A stretch of DNA of 63,764 nucleotides, filler included, from Octopus bimaculoides (Eukaryota), in NCBI RefSeq assembly GCF_001194135.2. It is 5 parts of 5 records of this genome, joined end to end, with 100 filler letters (N's around TTAATTAATTAA, not from the genome) between each part and the next. Parts side by side here need not be neighbours in the genome. Positions count along the whole stretch, not along the records: positions 1 to 23,465 come from NC_068983.1; 4 more parts are not named here. One strand, given 5' to 3'. Every line of letters starts with the position of its first letter. Position 1 is the stretch's first letter. This document shows positions 1 to 11,459 of the stretch, piece after piece. Below the pieces are notes generated by a model. That model was not told the origin of the DNA and ran no database searches. It saw nothing but the letters and a program-made list of their open reading frames with translations. The position numbers were made by a program, and so were the translations under genes.

Positions 1-847
1 GCAAAAGAAATAGACAGAGAAAAATCCCAGCAATGGTTGAGAAGCTCAGGACTCAAAGCAGAGACTGAAGGATTTTTAATTGCTGCACAAGACCAAAGCC
101 TCCCCACCAGAAATTACCAAAAACATATAATGAAAAGAAATATAACAAGTAACTGTAGAATATGTGGAGATGGACAAGAAACAATAAATCATATTATCTC
201 TGGCTGCCCAGTCCTGGCTAAGAAGGAATATATTCACAGACACGACAGAGCTGGGACCTATATACACTGGAAGCTATGCCAACACTGTGGAATAACAACA
301 GAAAGATGATGGTATAAACACACGCCAGAAAAGGTCACAGAAAACGAGAATGCAACCATACTCTGGGATATGCCAATACACACAGATAAAGAAATCAAGG
401 CAAATAGACCAGATATAGTTGTCAAAGATCATGAAGAAAAAAATATGCTTTCTAATTGATGTATCAATACCCGCAGATGACGACGTTTCCCTAAAAAAAA
501 TAAAAAACTTTCAAAATACAAAGACCTGGAAATAGAGGTAAATCGAACGTGGAATCTAAAAACAGAAACAATTCCTATCGTAGTAGGTGCCTTAGGTGTA
601 ATAAAAAATATTCAGACAAATACATAACAAAAACACCAGGACTTCCAAATATATATAACATACAGAAAATTGCACTACTGAGCACTGCACACATCCTACA
701 CAAGCACTTTCAATACAGTAACCATAAGAGCATCACAGCAAACCACAGCACATACCCAAGGCGCACAGAGCTGCGCTCGGTAGTGAAGTGAAAGCACGTT
801 ATAAAACTAAAACTAATGAACAATGATAATAATAATAATAATAATAA
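1..847 (+). mobile_element. 3' part of an R4/Dong-type (restriction-like endonuclease) LINE, degenerate, ending in (TAA)n
   Basis: Translation gives CRICGDGQETINHIISGC (CCHC knuckle), RHD, WDMPIHTDKEIKANRPDIVV, LIDVSIP...KLSKYKDL and QKIALLSTAHIL, the typical RLE C-terminus. In-frame TGA at 307-309 and a frameshift near 440-450. 3' UTR ends in (ATA)n at 826-847. Confidence 0.9.
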
Positions 848-1030
848 CAACATCGAAAAATACCTTAGAAATGAGAATTCAGATTCAAAATTTCCCCAAG
901 ACACCTGAAGAAGGCTGGAGGGTATATCAGCCGAAACGTTGTGTTAACAACAAACAAGATGAGGACAAATATCCGTCGAATGTAAATAATGTAAATAATG
1001 TACATAATTCCTCATATCGTAAATATAGAA
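848..1030 (+). mobile_element. Short, probably Penelope-derived repeat carrying a hammerhead motif
   Basis: Near-identical to 38015-38190 and, inverted, to 37842-37980. Contains the CTGANGA...GAAAC core. The Penelope assignment is inference. Confidence 0.7.
900..945 (+). ncRNA. Minimal type-I hammerhead ribozyme motif, core intact
   Basis: GACAC(900-904)-CTGAAGA(905-911)-A-GGCTG(913-917)-loop-CAGCC(928-932)-GAA-ACGT(936-939)-T940-GTGTT(941-945). Stems I and II pair, stem III is the palindrome ACGT, and the cleavage triplet is GUU. Confidence 0.75.
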
Positions 1031-1599
1031 TTTTAAGATTATGTTATCCAGTATTTCCTTCTCCAAGACTTGCAAGTGGCTTGAGAGGGACTTTGGCTGC
1101 AATTGATATCAGTTCGATCGGCCGCATAGAAGCTGGATACTGATTCTATCCCGTTATGAGACACACGGTCTAATTAATCAAATATATTGATTGTTCTATA
1201 TAATCACCTAATATTTACATCTGCACAGCTATACAACTTTCTCTCGTGAAATAAATATAGAAACAACGTTTCGATGATTTTCTCCAAATTAATGGAACTA
1301 GTATGCCACATATGTACGTATCATTCTCAAAAGTTCCGACGATTAAATTATTGCAATATAGATATTGCTTACAAATTTTGGTACAAGACCACCAATTTCG
1401 GGTGAGTGACTAAGTCAATTACATCGACCGCAGTATTCAATTGGTACTTATTTTATCGATCTCGAAAGAATGAACGGCTGAATTACAATCAATTTCAGAG
1501 GTTATTAAAGAAAACAAACAGGCGAAGAGTTACCTTTACAAATTATAATTATTCAACTATTTTTATTAATAATAACTTTTAACGTTACATACATATATA

Positions 1600-1710
1600 C
1601 ATATATGTAAGGGCGTAGATGTGAGTGGGTGGGTGTATGTGTTTAGGCTTCTGTTTGTCTATCCACATCGTTTGACAACACCCACACACATCTACGCCCC
1701 TACATATATG
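1600..1710. repeat. Short inverted repeat (32-bp arms), MITE-like
   Basis: 1600-1631 is the reverse complement of 1679-1710 with 2 mismatches. Confidence 0.7.
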
Positions 1711-1730
1711 AATATATGCATGCATATACT

Positions 1731-2459
1731 CTTTACTCTTTTACTTGTTTCAGTCATTTGACTGCGGCCATGCTGGAGCACCGCCTTTAGTCGGGCAAAT
1801 CGACCACGGGACTTATTTTTTGTAAGCCTAGTACTTATTCTATCGGATTCTTTTGCCGAACCGCTAGGTTACGGGGACATAAACACACCAGCATCGGTGT
1901 TCAAGCAATGCTAGGGGGACAAACACAGACACACAAGCACCCACNNNNNNNNNNNNNNNNNNNNNNNNNNNNNNNNNNNNNNNNNNNNNNNNNNNNNNNN
2001 NNNNNNNNNNNNNNNNNNNNNNNNNNNNNNNNNNNNNNNNNNNNNNNNNNNNNNNNNNNNNNNNNNNNNNNNNNNNNNNNNNNNNNNNNNNNNNNNNNNN
2101 NNNNNNNNNNNNNNNNNNNNNNNNNNNNNNNNNNNNNNNNNNNNNNNNNNNNNNNNNNNNNNNNNNNNNNNNNNNNNNNNNNNNNNNNNNNNNNNNNNNN
2201 NNNNNNNNNNNNNNNNNNNNNNNNNNNNNNNNNNNNNNNNNNNNNNNNNNNNNNNNNNNNNNNNNNNNNNNNNNNNNNNNNNNNNNNNNNNNNNNNNNNN
2301 NNNNNNNNNNNNNNNNNNNNNNNNNNNNNNNNNNNNNNNNNNNNNNNNNNNNNNNNNNNNNNNNNNNNNNNNNNNNNNNNNNNNNNNNNNNNNNNNNNNN
2401 NNNNNNNNNNNNNNNNNNNNNNNNNNNNNNNNNNNNNNNNNNNNNNNNNNNNNNNNNNN

Positions 2460-2499
<40 letters not shown>

Positions 2500-2712
2500 A
2501 TGTGTGTGTGTGTTTGTGAGTGTGGATGTGGGGGTGGGGGTGGGTGTGAATATGTAGATTACCACACAGTTTTCCTAAACCAAATTCAGAAGGCATTGAT
2601 CAACCCGAAGCTATACTAAAAGACACTTTTCAAAGGTGTCATGCAATGGGATTGAAACCGAAATCATCTGGTTTCATAATGAGCTTTTCAATCACATAAT
2701 CACACCTGCGCC
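1731..2712 (-). mobile_element. tRNA-derived SINE family A, gapped copy with internal microsatellite
   Basis: 3' half at 1731-1944 (gactgcggccatgctggagcaccgcc...ccgaaccgctaggttacgggga) and degenerate tRNA-like head at about 2550-2712, flanking an N-gap and (TA)/(TG) repeats. Same layout as the copies at 13797, 41360 and 54232. Confidence 0.75.
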
Positions 2713-3017
2713 TGTTTACAGAAGTAAAATCTATGATGTGCTCTCTTCAGTAATTGAATTTTGTGTCACTTCTCTAAATCTTCTCTTAAAAATCATACAT
2801 TATTCTTCAAATTTGAGTTGTATATTTTTTGTTGCTGTTTTGAATTCGCTGGAATTAAAGTTAGCTGCAGTAAACCAGTGTCATTGTTCCATTACAACCA
2901 AGATTGCTATTGCTGACACTTACTTAGCATAACTCAATTTTAGAAAATAACAATATAATGAAAAATAATACATACATACATACAAGCACGCACATACACA
3001 TACATACATTTATACAT

Positions 3018-3050
<33 letters not shown>

Positions 3051-3945
3051 NNNNNNNNNNNNNNNNNNNNNNNNNNNNNNNNNATATAAATGTCAATCAG
3101 AAATATGTCATTTGAAAGATAAAAATATAACCGCCCATACCTTTCCTCTGGGAGGTATTAAGGTTTAGATTTTGTTTACAATATATTCTTTGGCTTCCTT
3201 TTTTACAACGTTCAAATTTCTTTACATCATGTTTTATATTATCTGATTTTATTTCTTAACATTGAATTCTGCCTATACTGTACATAACAACTAAACGTGG
3301 TGATTTGAAAAGTTGATTCAAACTGGACTTTTTTCTTATTTCTTATTTACGATCATGTATTTACTGTCCCTATAGATATAAGAAATTGTCTGAAAGCAAA
3401 AGAGACAACACTATGTTGATTTACTATGAATACAAGAGAAATTTCTAGAAAATTCAATATTTCACTATAATAAAATAATAAAACAAACATTAATAGTTTT
3501 ACATACGAAAATGCTATGATTCTTTATTTATTATTTAACGGGAAGATTCTTTTGTCAGAGATTTATTTTATCATTTTAATGACAGCTTTTAAGGTACCGA
3601 TGAGTAAAATAGAAATCTGAACATTATATCACAAATCCCGTAAACTAAAATGATTTTAACAGGAATTAAAGCGTTATGGATTATATATCAGGAATACGAT
3701 TTTAATTTTTTTTTTAAATCCCTTCTATTCTGAAATAACTGAGAGAACATTTTCACTACTTCATTTATGAGGAAAATCATAGATAAACAATTTCGAAAAA
3801 TTTCTAAATTACTTTAGATCAAAGTTTATATAGACTATCGATTTCTTCAAATACAAACTATGATGTTTATTTTCGACGTTTTCTACATTTCCCACTTCGG
3901 ACAAAAAGAAGTGTAACTAGGTAATAGAAGGATATGTATACATAC

Positions 3946-4100
3946 ATATTCATGCCACCAGTCGATTTAGCATCTTTTCGTATAATGTCGTGAAAGAATG
4001 ACTCGGCTGCTACAGCAAAATATTCGTATTCATTCTCCATTGCATAACTATGTTGGCGCCAAAGTTTGTTCGATTTAGCCTTCTGATATGCAGCCATTAT
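3946..4100 (-). CDS. Metallopeptidase exon E (third zinc ligand region)
   Basis: Acceptor ttatttcag, donor AT|gtatgt, phase 0 to 2. Encodes IMAAYQKAKSNKLWRQHSYAMENEYEYFAVAAESFFHDIIRKDAKSTGGMN. Confidence 0.9.
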
Positions 4101-5323
4101 CTGAAATAACCATTTATTTACATATGAATTATTCATAATTTACTTACTTGTCCTATAATTGAAAATTGTCTCGATATATATAATTCACTATTAAAAGTTA
4201 TGGTCACAAGTATATAGTTTTCTAGTACAATAAAATTGAAAGTTTCCTTATAATGTACATAGTTAACAAAGCATATAGTAATAGGCTGTGTTATTCCTCT
4301 ATATTTCAATATTTAAATGTAATATTCTTAAATCACTATATTCTGTAAAATGGTTTATGATCCTCTGTTTTCAGTTTTAAAACATATCCTTCATTTAAAT
4401 GTCTCTGATTATACTTAATATGTTATTTTGATTATCATATAATCAAAATGATGTATTATAGTAAGTTATTACAGTTTTGTGATAATTAAAGCTGAGATNN
4501 NNNNNNNNNNNNNNNNNNNNNNNNNNNNNNNNNNNNNNNNNNNNNNNNNNNNNNNNNNNNNNNNNNNNNNNNNNNNNNNNNNNNNNNNNNNNNNNNNNNN
4601 NNNNNNNNNNNNNNNNNNNNNNNNNNNNNNNNNNNNNNNNNNNNNNNNNNNNNNNNNNNNNNNNNNNNNNNNNNNNNNNNNNNNNNNNNNNNNNNNNNNN
4701 NNNNNNNNNNNNNNNNNNNNNNNNNNNNNNNNNNNNNNNNNNNNNNNNNNNNNNNNNNNNNNNNNNNNNNNNNNNNNNNNNNNNNNNNNNNNNNNNNNNN
4801 NNNNNNNNNNNNNNNNNNNNNNNNNNNNNNNNNNNNNNNNNNNNNNNNNNNNNNNNNNNNNNNNNNNNNNNNNNNNNNNNNNNNNNNNNNNNNNNNNNNN
4901 NNNNNNNNNNNNNNNNNNNNNNNNNNNNNNNNNNNNNNNNNNNNNNNNNNNNNNNNNNNNNNNNNNNNNNNNNNNNNNNNNNNNNNNNNNNNNNNNNNNN
5001 NNNNNNNNNNNNNNNNNNNNNNNNNNNNNNNNNNNNNNNNNNNNNNNNNNNNNNNNNNNNNNNNNNNNNNNNNNNNNNNNNNNNNNNNNNNNNNNNNNNN
5101 NNNNNNNNNNNNNNNNNNNNNNNNNNNNNNNNNNNNNNNNNNNNNNNNNNNNNNNNNNNNNNNNNACACAGATATATATACACATATATATATATACATA
5201 TACATATATACATACATACATATATACACACACACACACACACACTATCTTTTATGCACTCATCCATATATGCATAATTGCACACACATGAGACATCATG
5301 CTGTACTTCATCACATCTTGAGA

Positions 5324-5570
5324 TCATTTATACCAACGAAATGTACCTCTTATGATATGCGTACATTTCAGAGCATTATTCTTTACTTTATTAATCAATT
5401 TATCCTTAGAGAAGAGTATGTGGTACAGTTCCACCGTACAGAGCGAACAATACTTTCTTCCTCTCTCATATGGCATTGATCTAGCTATTATAGACCATTC
5501 TAATGAATACTGTTTATTACTTTCCTTAAGACCCCAGATGTATTTGCTAAGACACAGATACATCACTCAC
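5324..5570 (-). mobile_element. Penelope-like element remnant, C-terminal part of the GIY-YIG endonuclease domain
   Basis: LSKYIWGLKESNKQYSLEWSIIARSMPYERGRKYCSLCTVELYHILFSKDKLINK..KCTH matches the PLE pattern LSKYIW.LK...WSI...C.LC..EK..IL...LLNKR.E...C.H. Confidence 0.8.
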
Positions 5571-5664
5571 CCAAACCACTGAAGATATAGTAGAAGTAGA
5601 ACCTACAACAGACTTGAAATTACTTGACGAAAAGAGCTGATCTCTAGTAGAGGTATGGATTATG

Positions 5665-5865
5665 CATGTAGGCATAGTTTTGTGGTGCAGAAGTTTGAAT
5701 CGTAACTATGCCGTTTAAGATTCAATCCTTACAACATGGCACCTTAAGTAAGCGTGTTGCATCTTTAAATTAAACAAATCTTTTTGAGTGAAATTTGGTA
5801 GATGGAAACTGTAATAACCAGCTAGAGAAACTATTCTTGTTCTTGAGAAGTAGACAATCTGTCCG
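5665..5865 (+). mobile_element. Degenerate SINE family A head
   Basis: Similar to other heads (...ggcacctt..gcaag...gtgaaatttggtagatggaaactg). Confidence 0.55.
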
Positions 5866-6829
5866 TCGCCCAATATTGCACCACCATCTTTCCTTGAGTG
5901 CTTTTAATGGATTACATTGTATTGCAAGAATTAAGTATAATTGTCTTAAGTATAAAGATAATTTTCTACCTTTTCTCCCACAAGTCTCAGATTTCTTGAC
6001 AGTTTCATAATACTGCTCCTTTTTTGATTAAGTCAAGTAAAATAGAAAATCAAAAAACACTGCCATTATCATTACGTCGTTAAGGGGAGACAATTCAATT
6101 GTACTGATTTTATAATCCAGATTTTCTCTCGTCAAAAATCAATACTTTATTCATCCATCGATAAACAGACTTATTGAGATCAAACGATTGTATCTGTCCT
6201 ACTATGGCACATACTTCATATAAAGAAAGCATTGTTCTTTGTTTTGTTATTATTTTTCAAGAAAATGAGACAACAATAGAGAACTTCGTTAATACTAAAT
6301 CTGCTAAAATGGAAGTAATAAGACAGCCACATTTTAAATATTTCACATTATATACATATAGCTAATTCATGTTCCAACAGGGTTGAATTTGCCTTTAATC
6401 ATTTCACGGTCGATAAATAAGTAAACACTGGTGTTGATACAATGGAATGTTCTACACACCATGAAAATTGAGTTGTACCTAAGCAAGTAAATTACTGAAC
6501 TGTAAGAAAGAGGGCGGTCGTAGATTATATACGAAACCGGAGGCTATTTTTATAAATTACTCTTTAGTACCTCATTCTCGAATATATTCTTTTTTCCACG
6601 CCTGATCTTAATGGGATTCGCTATGCCTTTCATGTGCAAGCTGTGATAAATTTCTTGTAATACATTGAAGTTGAATCAATGTCTGTACTAGAATATTTTT
6701 CAAATGAAATATCAGTTGCTCTTGCAAATTCTCCCTCTTCGGGAGAATGGTAGATAAAGGTTGGTTTTAAATAAATGTATATTTTTGGAACAGGATATGG
6801 GATTTTGTCAGAATTACGTCCTTTCTAGG

Positions 6830-7330
6830 AGAACTACTGGCTTGATTTTGAGAGGTGTGTAAGCTAGCTAAAGAAGGAGGGTCCAAGACTATGATTTATA
6901 ACAATCCTGGTATACTGAGATTGGTACAGTTGATCCTCAACTTGAAAAATCTGTGAATTAATGGAGAAAAGCAGTGGTATGGATAAATTCTAGAGGGACG
7001 TTATTCTAGAGAAGGATTGGATAAGATGAAGCACAGTGGTGGGGTCTTGGGAAGAGAAAATATGGATGATATGAGTAAACCTAGATGGTAAGCCTGAGGA
7101 TCAGAAGTCATTAACGAGGAAGGAAAATGAGCTCAGGATATCTGTGAACGAATCATTACAGCATTTTGGCTTTAATGACTGGCCAATCTGTCAGAAGATC
7201 GTCATTGGGTTGATCTAGGATCTTTGTATGTGCGGCAGCAATACCATCCCAAAGATGTGAGCGGCATTCCAATATGTATTCCTAACTCTAAAGAATGAGG
7301 CATGTCTATGTGACACGATTTTGGTAATAT
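6830..7330 (-). mobile_element. Degenerate CR1/Jockey-type LINE, RT C-terminal fragment
   Basis: Frame-broken peptides ILECRSHLWDGIAAAHTKILD and SFSRITSL*N resemble the LEYCSHxW.G...LD and FFPRT..LWN motifs. Confidence 0.6.
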
Positions 7331-7971
7331 TATAAATGCGGGCGGGCATTATGAGGTATCTTCAAGAACAATAATACCGAGCATTTTTAGTGATGTTGTT
7401 TTAATTGTATGTTATTCGTGACTATTTAAAATTGATTAAAACTTAGTAATTTTCATTCAAACTTTTGCCCGATGCCACGACTTCGTGACGAGATATATTG
7501 TCGATGTGTCTCTAACATTAAATCTGACGTATCTCATATATTATTTTTCGACCTGCTAGAAATAGCGGCCAAATTTCCCTAAATTTACACCATATTGGAG
7601 AATGTGGTAATTCATATAAAAAGATTGCTAGTCGCAGATGGTAAGATATTCTGATCGATCGGTATTGATCTAGAGCTCAGAACTAATGACTGATATTTAG
7701 CTTTTTGTCTGGCAGGGATAAATAGAAGTTAAATAAATAGAATTTGTCATGATTTGAACTTAGAATACGAAAAAGATCACAAAATAAATTCTACCATTTC
7801 TGTGAATCTGCTTTTCTCAAGAGAAACTATATGTTCTGCATAGTAATGCATTATGAGTATATATATATATATATATATATATCAGTATGGTATAAAAGAA
7901 TTATTCTGAAAAAAACGAATAATCAAAAGAAAGCGTTTAAGTTTTGCAACATGTTTCATATTTTTACTGAC

Positions 7972-8180
7972 CTTATTTTTCCACGTATCATTCATATACA
8001 TATGTACAAGATGAGCAAATTCATGAGTGAGAATATTCTCTGCTCCTTGATAAATATCTGTCGGTAGACAAAGAATTGATTCCATGTTGGATAGACTAAT
8101 TTCATTGGTTAAACCAGCAACTTCTGAGTATTTTCTACCATCGAATGTACACGTATTATTACAAACACCTTCACACGTCT
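7972..8180 (-). CDS. Metallopeptidase exon D (HExxH motif)
   Basis: Acceptor ttctgtctttcttgcag, donor AAG|gtcagt, phase 1 to 0. Encodes (Q)TCEGVCNNTCTFDGRKYSEVAGLTNEISLSNMESILCLPTDIYQGAENILTHEFAHLVHMYMNDTWKNK, with HEFAH at 8011-8025. Confidence 0.92.
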
Positions 8181-9525
8181 CTGCAAGAAAGACAGAAAAA
8201 CATTTAATTCATTAAACATAATCAGTGTCTCAAATTTATAGGTGTGAAGTAATAATGTTGCGTGTCACGTGTTCTAACGTGACTTAAGTAAAATCGGAGT
8301 GCCGTGGTCAGGTCTGAACTAATGACATGATTCACCAAGAAATTACTCTGCATTATGATATAAGCCAAAGTACTATTGATTTATAATTTTCGCAGTTGCC
8401 CATAAAAGAAAATGTGGGATTTGTGCCAGTCGTACCTTTCGTTGCTATTGGTATTAGCGGGACAATTAAAGTAACAGAAACTTAATGAGGAATTAAATCC
8501 ATATCGCGTTCCCAGTTTGCATGCAAGTATGTCTCATGCTCTTCTGCGCTCACTTTACATCGAGAAAAAAAAAATTCGTAATGATTTTAGTTTATCTACT
8601 TTATTTGTTAGGATACTCAAGCAATGTTATATTTTTGAAACCAAAGGATGCAATAACCTTTTTGAAAATCTTATTCAAAAAATTAAGCATTTCCTCGTTT
8701 ATGTCAGCTGCTACATGAAATGCGTTGTTCATTGTTATATATTTCCTGCGGCAAAAAAAAGTACTACGCAAGAAACACAACTTCACATTCTATTATCTAA
8801 ATTGATAATTGAAATGAATGCGTTCTAGGTACAAAATAATTATATAAAATAAACAAAATCCGTAAATGACTGAATATTTGATAAGATTCATGAATGTATC
8901 ACCGTCCTCATAATACATTCTCCTTAGTTTTATGCTTGTGTTTGTTTTATCTAATCATAATTATAGAAAGAAAACTATTATTATAATTATAGAACTCACT
9001 CTTCACATCTTACTAACCCTAATAATTATTTCAAATAAGTAGATTTAGATTTGTGGGCGACGGTTTCTTCTACTAAGCAATTTTCAACATTCTCATTGAA
9101 ATAAAAACGGATTAAGTAGATTTTGCTTTATTTCTGTAAAATATATCTGATGAAAGCAAAATAACTACAAAACTTCAAAAATAGTCTGGAATCATAAATC
9201 TACGCAAAACAGTGGCTATTGTATTTTTTATTCAAGTACGAAAACTTCATATCATTCGCAATTGTACTCAGTATAATATTTGTATATAATTATGAAAGAT
9301 ATTTATCATTTTGTGGAAATATTCTGTATTGTAATTTTTACTTTTATCAGCTTTTGCAGCTTACCAACTGTTATGATAGATACATTTCAATTTGTGGATA
9401 TCAGAATACAATGGCGGAAACAGCACAAGAAGAACTATTAACTAGTATTTTTTCTGAATCAAACAATAACATTTACTTTTACATATAATTTTATATAATC
9501 AGATAAAATGATGCAGATTACTTAC

Positions 9526-9679
9526 GAAAGCACTCCGGTCTGTCAACTAAATCAGCATTCTCTGGATATACAGATAGCGTTTCGGCTAACGTAAAAATAC
9601 CGACACCGTGGGATTTTGAGACATTCGCGAACACTTCTCTCGGCATGTATTGAGTAATCTTCGAAAGAGTTAAACATGT
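9526..9679 (-). CDS. Metallopeptidase exon C
   Basis: Acceptor cattcgtgcag, donor C|gtaagt, phase 0 to 1. Encodes TCLTLSKITQYMPREVFANVSKSHGVGIFTLAETLSVYPENADLVDRPECF. Phases match both neighbours. Confidence 0.88.
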
Positions 9680-9746
9680 CTGCACGAATGGAATGTCATC
9701 ATGATTAATAAATATAAAGCGGTTTGAGGGTGTTAAAGAAAAATAC

Positions 9747-9788
<42 letters not shown>

Positions 9789-10193
9789 GATATGCACTAC
9801 GTACATATATATATATTAATATTCATACATATTTATGTATGTATGTATGTATGTAGGTGTATGCATGTGTATGTGTGCGTATGTATCTATGTATATATAT
9901 GTGTGTGTGTGTGTGTGTGTATGTATCTATGTATATGTATGTATGTGTGTGTGAGTGCGTACATATTCACGTATTATTTAAAGTCATTTGGTAGGTTGGT
10001 TGGTCTGTTTGATGTATAAGTTAGCGTCAGTAGCAATAGCATTATATGATGCTGCAGAGAAATTTTATGTATGTAAACTGGCGTCACATAACTGCATCCC
10101 TTAAATATTATTGCAACTATTCACTTATTACTGCTGTTATTAGTATATTTGAATTACTTGTATTTTTATTATCCCGATAATTGTATAACTTAC

Positions 10194-10338
10194 CACAGTA
10201 ATCGCTCGCTCATAGACGTTATTAGTTGCTGTTATTCGAATGCTAACCTCATCAGGTTTGAAAAGTAAACAGTTCCCCGAGCGAGTAAGATATCTGTATC
10301 GAAAGTTTGTTGGCTTAACTGGGCTTCTCTTAAGGCTG
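10194..10338 (-). CDS. Metallopeptidase exon B
   Basis: Long pyrimidine tract plus TAGCAG acceptor, donor GTG|gtaagt, phase 2 to 0; the only open frame. Encodes SLKRSPVKPTNFRYRYLTRSGNCLLFKPDEVSIRITATNNVYERAITV. Confidence 0.85.
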
Positions 10339-10678
10339 CTATAGGTGGAAGTGTAAAACAGAAAAATAGAAAATGAAATCGAATAAAATGCATGTATTAT
10401 AGATTGTAAGTGAAGAAAAGGATGTAAAACTAATTACGACTGATAATTATTTTCATCTGATATAAGTTAATATCTAAAGATTTTGTTTTAAGTTTGTATT
10501 CTAGTATTTAAAGGTTGTACTACATTGGTTAACTCTACATTAATTGTACACACATACACACCTGTTTGTATGTATGTATACGTATATATGTGCGTGTGTG
10601 CGGGTGACTGTGGTATGCGTGTATGTATATATATAGTGTTGCTCTGTGTGTGTGTGTCTGTGTGTGTGTATGTATGTA

Positions 10679-10723
<45 letters not shown>

Positions 10724-10943
10724 GTGTGCGCGTGTGCTTAACGTGAATGTATTGTTAGAACACCGTAATACTACGGTATTCGTCTTGAGAGAGCATCTCG
10801 TATAGATGTTCAGTTCTTAAAAGCACTGAGATATCAATGTCCGACGAAAAATAGCCAGCACCAGTGGTTGAACTGCTAGAGCACATGATTTCTGCATGTT
10901 TGCATTTCATCAGTAGCCTGTATCCATTAACATTGTCTGATTC

Positions 10944-11000
<57 letters not shown>

Positions 11001-11400
11001 CATATCAAATTTCTTCCAACCACTTGAAGATTTTCAAATTTTAANNNNNNNNNNNNNNNNNNNNNNNNNNNNNNNNNNNNNNNNNNNNNNNNNNNNNNNN
11101 NNNNNNNNNNNNNNNNNNNNNNNNNNNNNNNNNNNNNNNNNNNNNNNNNNNNNNNNNNNNNNNNNNNNNNNNNNNNNNNNNNNNNNNNNNNNNNNNNNNN
11201 NNNNNNNNNNNNNNNNNNNNNNNNNNNNNNNNNNNNNNNNNNNNNNNNNNNNNNNNNNNNNNNNNNNNNNNNNNNNNNNNNNNNNNNNNNNNNNNNNNNN
11301 NNNNNNNNNNNNNNNNNNNNNNNNNNNNNNNNNNNNNNNNNNNNNNNNNNNNNNNNNNNNNNNNNNNNNNNNNNNNNNNNNNNNNNNNNNNNNNNNNNNN

Positions 11401-11459
<59 letters not shown>

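Noticed and set aside
3350-3389. Strong acceptor at 3390 as the terminal peptidase exon
   Set aside because: The required phase gives only IQFLISIGTVNT*, with no resemblance to the expected C-terminal helix; left unresolved.
8601-8786. Minus ORF with a good acceptor at 8746 (KYITMNNAFHVAADINEEML...)
   Set aside because: No strong donor, and exons C and D already join in frame with continuous motif content.
10755-11003. Minus ORF (GYRLLMKCKHAEIMCSS...)
   Set aside because: No pyrimidine-tract acceptor or usable phase-2 donor; starts in a CA repeat.
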